This document shows, in pieces, positions 8,367-14,598 of a DNA stretch of 57,165 bases. Location: positions 1 to 57,165 of the IMG/VR virus record IMGVR_UViG_3300032087_006388, one strand, 5' to 3'. Numbering within the stretch: the stretch's first letter is position 1; the number at the start of each line of letters is the position of its first letter. The notes below the pieces were generated by a model that was not told where the DNA came from, made no database searches, and worked only from the letters and a program-made list of their open reading frames with translations. The stretch comes from a virus (taxonomy: Duplodnaviria > Caudoviricetes). The position numbers and the translations under genes were made by a program.

Positions 8367-8429
8367 CGCCTTTTAAAAAAAATTAAAATTTTATTTGACA
8401 CCGATTAAACTATATGCTTTATTAGGATT

Positions 8430-8600
8430 ATGAACAGAAGAAAGATAACTCTACATCACACTAGCGCCGAGGATTATAAGAAGAGTTTTGAGGAACTTGC
8501 CGATGATCCAAATTTACTTTTAGCACATAATTATGCAGGAAAGTATTACATCATCACTTTTTACGACAGATGGTATTGCGGAAAGTTAATTGAAAATTAA
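8430..8600 (+). CDS. leaderless small protein, 56 aa (not in ORF track)
   Basis: MNRRKITLHH...GKLIEN; ATG 35 nt from TTGACA(8395). Confidence 0.7.
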   Translation: MNRRKITLHHTSAEDYKKSFEELADDPNLLLAHNYAGKYYIITFYDRWYCGKLIEN

Positions 8601-8636
8601 TTTGACATCACCTTAACTATATGGTTTATTAGTATT

Positions 8637-8831
8637 ATGAACAAAACAATATACTACAAAGAAAAAAACAACTTCGGCACAACTCACTTCTATATTGTAT
8701 CCGAGCATAAAGATGCAATTAAGAGATTGACAGGTCGTTTAACTATAACTTCAGAAGATGCAAAGGCATTGCAGGAATTAGGTTTCAACTTTCAGTTGCA
8801 ACAATCTTTTGCAAAATTACTTGACAACTAA
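8637..8831 (+). CDS. leaderless hypothetical protein
   Basis: 64 aa; ATG 35 nt from TTGACA(8602). Confidence 0.8.
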   Translation: MNKTIYYKEKNNFGTTHFYIVSEHKDAIKRLTGRLTITSEDAKALQELGFNFQLQQSFAKLLDN

Positions 8832-8855
8832 AAACAACTCAACTATATTATTATC

Positions 8856-9170
8856 ATGTACCAAACAATATCACAGTGGGATTTCGTTAGAGCATTTACA
8901 GAAATGAACAGAGAAAGCAATTTCTCCGAAGAAGGCAGGATTGCTTTGTTTGATTTCTTGGAAGAGGTTAATCCCGATTCCGAATTAGATGTTATCGCAA
9001 TTTGTTGCGATTTTACAGAGTATTCTAATTTAAATGAATTAAAGCAAGAATATTCTCATTTATTAGAAGATGAAGATTTAAGCGATGACGATGAAGTGCT
9101 TGATTTCTTCAGAGATGAAACTGTCGTGCTAGAATTGAGCAATGGCGGGATAATAATTCAACAGTTTTAA
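8856..9170 (+). CDS. leaderless acidic phage protein (ELDVIAICCDF motif)
   Basis: 104 aa; ATG 35 nt from TTGACA(8821). Confidence 0.85.
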   Translation: MYQTISQWDFVRAFTEMNRESNFSEEGRIALFDFLEEVNPDSELDVIAICCDFTEYSNLNELKQEYSHLLEDEDLSDDDEVLDFFRDETVVLELSNGGIIIQQF

Positions 9171-9206
9171 ATAGAATAAAATAATATCATACATATTATA
9201 AATAAT

Positions 9207-9449
9207 ATGAAAGATTTAGATTTAGCTCTTAAATATATACAATATAGATTAAAAGAAAACGAAGAAGTAATAATAAATAAACAAGGCATACAAGTTAATT
9301 TAATTAAAGCGAAAAATAGTATGCCACCAATGGATGCAGAAGATGCTAGAGACATGATTAATGGATTAATGGAAGATGCAGACAGAGGAATTCCAAGAGG
9401 TGTGGACGGCATAGATGTCGAGATGTATCAAAGGATGTACGAAGTTTAG
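9207..9449 (+). CDS. hypothetical protein
   Basis: 80 aa, co-oriented with region. Confidence 0.65.
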   Translation: MKDLDLALKYIQYRLKENEEVIINKQGIQVNLIKAKNSMPPMDAEDARDMINGLMEDADRGIPRGVDGIDVEMYQRMYEV

Positions 9450-9466
9450 TTGTAGTTGGTGTTCAT

Positions 9467-9505
9467 CGGAGTTTTAGAAGTTTTCTCCGTTATCAAAAAA
9501 ACTTC
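9467..9505 (+). ncRNA. predicted H-type pseudoknot (3' UTR element)
   Basis: CGGAG/CTCCG stem 1; GAAGTTTT/AAAACTTC stem 2. Confidence 0.5.
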
Positions 9506-9548
9506 GATTTTTATTTGACTCGAGTTGTTTCTTATGGTTATGTAAGGC

Positions 9549-9737
9549 ATGACAACATTACAAGACATTAAAAATTATCTCGTTATTTACTCCGATGGAG
9601 AAAATGAATACTCAACAAAAATCAAAGCAGTTTCCAAAGAAGATGCTTATTTAAAATTTGATCCATGGGAAGAGTTTGAAATTGTACAGGTAACTAAAAT
9701 AGTTACTTTAGAAGAAGATTTAAATTTTATTAAATAG
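9549..9737 (+). CDS. leaderless hypothetical protein
   Basis: 62 aa; ATG 34 nt from TTGACT(9515). Confidence 0.75.
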   Translation: MTTLQDIKNYLVIYSDGENEYSTKIKAVSKEDAYLKFDPWEEFEIVQVTKIVTLEEDLNFIK

Positions 9738-9749
9738 GAGGGAAATAAA

Positions 9750-9941
9750 ATGATTAAAATAATTAGAAATAATTTTGATAATTGGATAGATATTAGAATA
9801 TTTGATAAATTGATTGACAATGCAAGAACAGAAGCACAGGCAATTGCGCTAGCGCAGGAAATTCAATTAAAACAAAGGGAAGAAGGAAACTTATTAGCTA
9901 TTTCAAACAGATTAAAAAAAAGTAAAAAAAAGTTTGCATGA
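9750..9941 (+). CDS. hypothetical protein
   Basis: 63 aa, SD AGGAGG. Confidence 0.75.
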   Translation: MIKIIRNNFDNWIDIRIFDKLIDNARTEAQAIALAQEIQLKQREEGNLLAISNRLKKSKKKFA

Positions 9942-9968
9942 TATCTATTTATGCGCGATAGTATGATT

Positions 9969-10694
9969 ATGAACAACAAAACAATCAACTTATTATCCTC
10001 TCCAAGCAAGATGCCTTGCGTTGGTTTCAATCTTCCTGCATTAAAATTTTGTCCTGCCGCGACTATCTTATTAAAGAAAGCAAAAGATAATTTAGATAAA
10101 TTAATTTGTTCAAGTTGCTATGCCTGCAAAGGATTTTATCAATTTTCTAACACAAAACAATCGTTGCAAAACAAAGCGGATTTTGTTTTATCTAGTTTAA
10201 GACAAGACAACGGCAAAACTTTTGTTAAAGCAATGGCAAGCCAAATCTTTAAAAAGTATTATAACAAGGACGGAACACGCAAGACATTAAAGAATATAAA
10301 CACAAAACTTTTTCGTGTTCATGATAGTGGTGACTTGTTTAGTGTTGCATATATCAAAGCTTGGATAAACATATGCAAAATTTTTCCTACTATTCGCTTT
10401 TGGTTTCCTACTAGGGAATGGATTAGAGAAAGCCAATTGGATGCATTAAAAGAATTAGCAAGTTTGCCCAATGTATCACTTAAACCAAGCGCGTTAGAAA
10501 TTGATCAGCCTGCACCAAAGATTGAAGGTTTAGATTCAGGAACAGCAGTTTATAGTTGCGCAGAAAAAGCCAAACAGGACGGGCATTTTGTTTGTCCTGC
10601 CACAGCGACAGATGATCATACTTGCGCAGGTAACAATTGTCAAAATTGCTTTATCAAAAATTTCAAAAAACCTATAGCCTATCTTGCCCACTAA
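9969..10694 (+). CDS. GP88-like (gene product 88) Cys-rich phage protein
   Basis: SKMP..FNLPA..CP, CSSCYA, FRVHDSGD, FWFPTRE, C-terminal CPA..C..C..C; ORF from 9951, leaderless ATG 9969. Confidence 0.8.
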   Translation: MNNKTINLLSSPSKMPCVGFNLPALKFCPAATILLKKAKDNLDKLICSSCYACKGFYQFSNTKQSLQNKADFVLSSLRQDNGKTFVKAMASQIFKKYYNKDGTRKTLKNINTKLFRVHDSGDLFSVAYIKAWINICKIFPTIRFWFPTREWIRESQLDALKELASLPNVSLKPSALEIDQPAPKIEGLDSGTAVYSCAEKAKQDGHFVCPATATDDHTCAGNNCQNCFIKNFKKPIAYLAH

Positions 10695-10744
10695 GGGGCA
10701 AGATTTAAATAATCTAAATAAAATAATAAATAAACTAAATAAAT

Positions 10745-10801
10745 ATGTTATTAATATTTTTAATTTGTTTCATTTGTCTTGTAGGATTAACATTACCTTA
10801 A
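10745..10801 (+). CDS. 18-aa hydrophobic peptide (twin of 15531..15587)
   Basis: MLLIFLICFICLVGLTLP. Confidence 0.5.
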   Translation: MLLIFLICFICLVGLTLP

Positions 10802-10827
10802 TTTAATTTGGTGTTCATAGTAGTGGT

Positions 10828-10871
10828 CTCCTGCTCAGGTTTTTGGGTTACCTGGGCAGGAGTTTTTTTTT
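10828..10871 (+). terminator. intrinsic terminator
   Basis: CTCCTGCTCAGGT/ACCTGGGCAGGAG stem plus T run. Confidence 0.85.
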
Positions 10872-10916
10872 GGTTTAGGTGTTGACGTGGGTTCATTCCT
10901 TTGCTTTATTGTTTGT

Positions 10917-11093
10917 ATGAACACTATACAACAAGATTTAAAGTTCGTTGCAAAAAGGAAAGACTCTCCTGCATTCGAACAAATTTGGAGAGCATTCAAG
11001 AAAAGCAAATTCAATCCTTCTCTTAGTCAAGGCAATGGAAACAAGGCATGGAAAAGATTAAGAAAAATTAAAAAAGAATTGAATTTAATTTGA
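10917..11093 (+). CDS. leaderless basic protein
   Basis: ORF 10887..11093; ATG 10917 is 35 nt from TTGACG(10882). Confidence 0.75.
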   Translation: MNTIQQDLKFVAKRKDSPAFEQIWRAFKKSKFNPSLSQGNGNKAWKRLRKIKKELNLI

Positions 11094-11124
11094 CACCACC
11101 ACCAACACGTGCAAAGTTATATTT

Positions 11125-11331
11125 ATGAGCAGTAAACATATATCCAACGGCATGAAGAAAGTCATGAAACAACTAAAGAAAAATGGAGTAGCATTTCGGG
11201 AAACCAAGAAAGGAGTTTTCCTCACACATCCGAAAGCAAAAACTCAGTATCTTATGCATTTTTCGGAGAAAGCTATTCATCCCGTCCGTAGGTGGGCAAG
11301 ATTAGAATTAGGTTTAGATTTAAAATTCTAA
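11125..11331 (+). CDS. possible HicA-like (dsRBD-fold) small basic protein
   Basis: 68 aa; helix-LKKNG-strands-THP-H-helix pattern resembles HicA, canonical GSH not intact. Confidence 0.45.
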   Translation: MSSKHISNGMKKVMKQLKKNGVAFRETKKGVFLTHPKAKTQYLMHFSEKAIHPVRRWARLELGLDLKF

Positions 11332-11447
11332 TGAAAGCGCTTGCAATAAGAAAGAAAGTTTTCTTTATTAGTTCAATACCTCATAAGAATAAAAAGAAAA
11401 TAATACCCAGGAAAGCTAAATACAAAAGAAATGAAAAAGATTGCTGA
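11331..11447 (+). CDS. 38-aa very basic peptide, ArfA-like pattern (not in ORF track)
   Basis: PHKNKKKIIPRKAKYK; TAATG-coupled to upstream gene. Confidence 0.5.
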   Translation: MKALAIRKKVFFISSIPHKNKKKIIPRKAKYKRNEKDC

Positions 11448-11544
11448 AATACTATACCATTATAAATTATTTAATTTAGATGTAAAAGAATATATCTCTC
11501 TCATAAAGAGAAGTAAATCAATCAAATCATTTAAAACAAAATAA
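11431..11544 (+). CDS. small basic protein, 37 aa
   Basis: MKKIAEILYHYK...; fills gap before next promoter. Confidence 0.4.
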   Translation: MKKIAEILYHYKLFNLDVKEYISLIKRSKSIKSFKTK

Positions 11545-11582
11545 AATTTGACTAAATAGGTGAAAGGAATTAATTTGTTTAT

Positions 11583-11714
11583 ATGAATAGAAAAGACAGA
11601 ATCATCCGAGCAATGCAAAAAGCGACCAAGAGGAAAAGCAAGAGCGCTTGGTTACTTTATACTTTAATTGATTTATTTGATATTGAATTCAAAAAAACTT
11701 TAAAAAAGATTTGA
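11583..11714 (+). CDS. leaderless small basic protein, 43 aa
   Basis: ATG 35 nt from TTGACT(11548). Confidence 0.65.
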   Translation: MNRKDRIIRAMQKATKRKSKSAWLLYTLIDLFDIEFKKTLKKI

Positions 11715-11746
11715 CTCAGAGAACCAACTAGCATTATATTAACCTT

Positions 11747-12070
11747 ATGAATACAACACCAATCATTGAAATTGAGGAGTTCGACGCTGAAACGTTTGAA
11801 CTGAATTATCATTGCGCAAACTCTTACGATTCCTTTTATTTAAAAGGAACAATTGTATTAGAAGAAGAGGAAAGTCTTTGGGGAGATCAAGTCAGCGCTT
11901 GCCACTTGGTGGCAAAAGTTAACGAGATCACTGAAGTATTTCAGTTTGACGAAGAAGGGGAAGAAATGAATCATGTAAATTTAGAACTTGCAAGGGAAGC
12001 AATGCAAGCGATAGAAAGAAAAGAGGAAGTACTTGACACCAAGTATTATTCAATAAATTATAACTTATAA
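11747..12070 (+). CDS. leaderless acidic protein
   Basis: 107 aa; ATG 36 nt from TTGACT(11711). Confidence 0.8.
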   Translation: MNTTPIIEIEEFDAETFELNYHCANSYDSFYLKGTIVLEEEESLWGDQVSACHLVAKVNEITEVFQFDEEGEEMNHVNLELAREAMQAIERKEEVLDTKYYSINYNL

Positions 12071-12087
12071 CGATAGAAGAAAAAAAG

Positions 12088-12127
12088 AATCAGTTTTCTC
12101 TCGCTTTCTGATTTGACAAAAAAGCGA
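12088..12127 (+). ncRNA. predicted H-type pseudoknot (intergenic element)
   Basis: AATCAG/CTGATT stem 1; TCGCTTT/AAAGCGA stem 2. Confidence 0.5.
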
Positions 12128-12176
12128 ATATCTTTTAAATAAAATAAATAATAATAATTATTAAATAAATTAAGTT

Positions 12177-12311
12177 ATGACAACATTAGATATTAAAAAC
12201 AAAATTAAACAAATTAAAATTAAGATGCGGGAAGCAGAATCATGGGATGAGCTCGCCAATCTCGCAATTCGATTAAAAGGCTGGCAATTAGAACTCGCCA
12301 AAAAAAAGTAA
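12177..12311 (+). CDS. small protein, 44 aa (not in ORF track)
   Basis: MTTLDIKNKIKQ...ELAKKK. Confidence 0.6.
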   Translation: MTTLDIKNKIKQIKIKMREAESWDELANLAIRLKGWQLELAKKK

Positions 12312-12392
12312 AAAAAGATTTGACAGGGTTTGGTTTATATAGTTTATTAAGGTTACAGTTTATTTATTTTAATCTAAAGAGAAAGGAAAACC

Positions 12393-12683
12393 ATGAAAGA
12401 ACAAGAGTTATATAATCAACCTCACCTGTTATTTAATACAGGTTGTCGTTATACAGAACACGGTCAAAGAATCCTAGCGCTTCAGCTGGGCAATGACGTT
12501 CTTTGTCACGATTACGATAGATCAATTAGTTATTTCTTTAAAGATTGCCCACTTGACGCGCGGAAAATCGAAGCAAGAGAAAAAGCGAGTGGATCTCATA
12601 CTTCAATTTATGATTTTAAAGAGGATATTATACTTTGGAGAGTTTGGGATCATTGGGCAGAAAAATTAAATTTAGAGTTTTAA
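12393..12683 (+). CDS. hypothetical protein (FNTGxxYTEHGQRI motif)
   Basis: 96 aa, SD AAGGA, promoter TTGACA(12320). Confidence 0.8.
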   Translation: MKEQELYNQPHLLFNTGCRYTEHGQRILALQLGNDVLCHDYDRSISYFFKDCPLDARKIEAREKASGSHTSIYDFKEDIILWRVWDHWAEKLNLEF

Positions 12684-12689
12684 TAAAAC

Positions 12690-12720
12690 AAAGGGGGGGA
12701 AGAAATTCCTCCCCTTTTTT
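12690..12720 (+). terminator. intrinsic terminator
   Basis: G-rich/C-rich stem, GAAA loop, T tail. Confidence 0.75.
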
Positions 12721-12779
12721 AATAAATAAAACAAATAGAACAAAAATAAAATAAATAAAATAAATAGGAGGAAATAAAA

Positions 12780-12971
12780 TTGAAAGATAGAGAAATATTA
12801 AAAACAGAATTAAATAGATTAGTTAAAGAGGAAGGTTTCAATCTTCAGTATGCAAATGATATACTTTTATTATTTGATGACGAGATCGAAGACGGGCACA
12901 GCGCAAACACAGCCTACGACAAGGCAATGCAAGACATCGACAACGTAAAGGCTGGAGAATGGGATTTATAA
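12780..12971 (+). CDS. hypothetical acidic protein
   Basis: 63 aa, TTG start with SD AGGAGG. Confidence 0.75.
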   Translation: MKDREILKTELNRLVKEEGFNLQYANDILLLFDDEIEDGHSANTAYDKAMQDIDNVKAGEWDL

Positions 12972-13033
12972 TTTAATTAAAAAAAAGTAAAAAAAAGTTT
13001 GCAATTTGATTTCACCTGTAGGATAGTAAGGTT

Positions 13034-13288
13034 ATGAGAAACAGCACCACCACCTACCACGAAACACTTCACACCTTAGTTCAAGACGTACAGGAGAATT
13101 ACCTGGATCTGAACAGCGCAACCAGTGAAGAGTTTGCAAATCACTTCTGGCAACCAGTTGGATATAACGAGACAGTGCGCGAGTCTTTCAAGTTGGATTC
13201 CATAAAGGGAAAGGGCACACGTCGTTATTTACAAGTTGTGATTTATCGATTTGAAACAGGAAGATACGAACTAGTTTGCTACTCCTAA
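13034..13288 (+). CDS. leaderless phage protein (YRxETGRYEL motif)
   Basis: 84 aa; ATG 35 nt from TTGCAA(12999). Confidence 0.8.
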   Translation: MRNSTTTYHETLHTLVQDVQENYLDLNSATSEEFANHFWQPVGYNETVRESFKLDSIKGKGTRRYLQVVIYRFETGRYELVCYS

Positions 13289-13338
13289 GGGGTAGCAAAC
13301 GTTTAAATTAAATAAAATAAAATAGGAGATAAAAGAAA

Positions 13339-13509
13339 ATGACAAGGAAACACTTCACCATCGTAGCAAAAGAATTAAACTTCTCATTGCGTAATGCGCC
13401 TAACAGCGCTCCAATCATTCGGGATCTCGCCACAGCGCTAGCAAACGAGTTCGAGCAATTAAATCCAAACTTTAACAGGTCGAAATTCCTAGCAGTTGCG
13501 CTAGGATAA
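13339..13509 (+). CDS. small phage protein, 56 aa, MTRK..NPxFxxxKF type (not in ORF track)
   Basis: SD AGGAG; MTRKHFTIVA...NPNFNRSKFLAVALG. Confidence 0.75.
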   Translation: MTRKHFTIVAKELNFSLRNAPNSAPIIRDLATALANEFEQLNPNFNRSKFLAVALG

Positions 13510-13561
13510 AAAAAGTAAAAAAAGATTTGCAATTTAAGCAAAAGAATGAGATCTTAATTTT

Positions 13562-13726
13562 ATGTTTGAAAACGACGTAGACCTCACACCAACTTGGGAG
13601 TTCGCTGTAAAGATTTACATCGAAGTTCTCGAAAATGCAAACGCCTCTTTTGAGGGAAAACAAGCTGCGCGGGAGGAGCTTTTAAAGCTTGCGCAACTTG
13701 TAGACAGGCAAAACAAGGAAGCCTGA
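13562..13726 (+). CDS. leaderless small protein, 54 aa (not in ORF track)
   Basis: MFENDVDLTPTW...AREELLKLAQLVD; ATG 35 nt from TTGCAA(13527); terminator follows. Confidence 0.75.
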   Translation: MFENDVDLTPTWEFAVKIYIEVLENANASFEGKQAAREELLKLAQLVDRQNKEA

Positions 13727-13732
13727 AATTTC

Positions 13733-13761
13733 AGCCCCCTAGAAATAGGGGGCTTTTTTTT
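13733..13761 (+). terminator. intrinsic terminator
   Basis: AGCCCCCT/AGGGGGCT plus T run. Confidence 0.9.
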
Positions 13762-13895
13762 ACCTACAAATAGAAATAATTTATTTAAATAGAAATAAAA
13801 AATAGAAATAAAAATAATTTATTGAAATAGAAATAGTAAAGATCTTATTTTAATTTATTTATTTAATTTGTATATTTAGTTTATTTATAGCGGCT

Positions 13896-13932
13896 ATTAG
13901 CTGAACTAATGGATCTTATTAGTAAAACTTCT
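13896..13932. repeat. pair of ATTAG-N5-CTAAT palindromic boxes
   Basis: boxes start at 13896 and 13918 (22 bp apart). Confidence 0.6.
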
Positions 13933-13961
13933 GTGAATAACTTTTTTAATTTTGTGAATAA
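13932..13961 (-). promoter_or_regulatory. two DnaA boxes (TTATTCACA)
   Basis: TGTGAATAA at 13932 and 13953, matching TTATNCACA on the minus strand. Confidence 0.65.
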
Positions 13962-14050
13962 CTAGCGTTGACAATTTTGATTTTTTCCTTTTGATTAGTT
14001 TTATCGTTCTTTTAATTCTTTTAAACTTAAACTCTTAAATTCTTATTATT

Positions 14051-14347
14051 ATGAAAGATTATAGCAACCTCACACGTGAAGAAATGGCAAACCTTACAAG
14101 TAAAGAAATGGCAAACCTTACAAACGAACAAATGAAAAAAATTCACACTGACATACTTTGCGCTTTAGCGGATAAATTTCAACGTGAAGAACCACCACAT
14201 GAGCGCTTGGTTTGTGAGAATGGTTGCAACTCATGGGCGGACGAAGATATAAAACTTTTTTGTGATGATGAGAATTATGCGCCAAGTGATGATTATCATT
14301 ATGGCAACGATTATTTCAAACAAGAATGGATAGATGACGAGTTTTAA
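14051..14347 (+). CDS. hypothetical protein with 8-aa N-terminal repeats
   Basis: NLTxxxMA-type repeat x3; acidic Cys-containing C-terminus. Confidence 0.75.
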   Translation: MKDYSNLTREEMANLTSKEMANLTNEQMKKIHTDILCALADKFQREEPPHERLVCENGCNSWADEDIKLFCDDENYAPSDDYHYGNDYFKQEWIDDEF

Positions 14348-14434
14348 ACTTGTCGTTTTTTTTACTTGCTTTTTATTCAAACCTCGCTTTTATTATAATC
14401 TCACACTTATTAACTCAAACAAAGGAAAACTAAA

Positions 14435-14518
14435 ATGATTCTTGAAATTTTATTCGTTGCAAACTTCGCTTTTGCTTTTTATATCATCACTAAATTAGGA
14501 AAATTGGATTGTGAATAA
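14435..14518 (+). CDS. 27-aa single-TM peptide (not in ORF track)
   Basis: MILEILFVANFAFAFYIITKLGKLDCE; leader AAAGGAAAACTAAA nearly identical to that of 14599. Confidence 0.6.
   Translation: MILEILFVANFAFAFYIITKLGKLDCE
14510..14518 (-). promoter_or_regulatory. DnaA box upstream of DUF932 promoter
   Basis: TGTGAATAA 7 nt before TTGACA(14526). Confidence 0.6.
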
Positions 14519-14598
14519 CTTTTTTTTGACAATTTCAAAAAACTCCTTTTAATTAAATTAAATTCTTATTATTAACCAACCAACCAAAGGAAACTAAA

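Noticed and set aside
9467-9505. Resemblance to preQ1-I riboswitch (5-bp P1, A-rich tail)
   Set aside because: loop lacks the ligand-pairing C, no queuosine genes nearby, and the downstream gene has its own promoter after the element
13308-13663. Minus-strand ORFs 13308..13541 and 13472..13663 in the track
   Set aside because: plus-strand ORFs 13339..13509 and 13562..13726 have SD or promoter support and a terminator
13765-13840. AAATAGAAATA short repeats as iterons
   Set aside because: low-complexity A-rich tract similar to others at 4375-4420 and 12720-12770; not distinguishable from background
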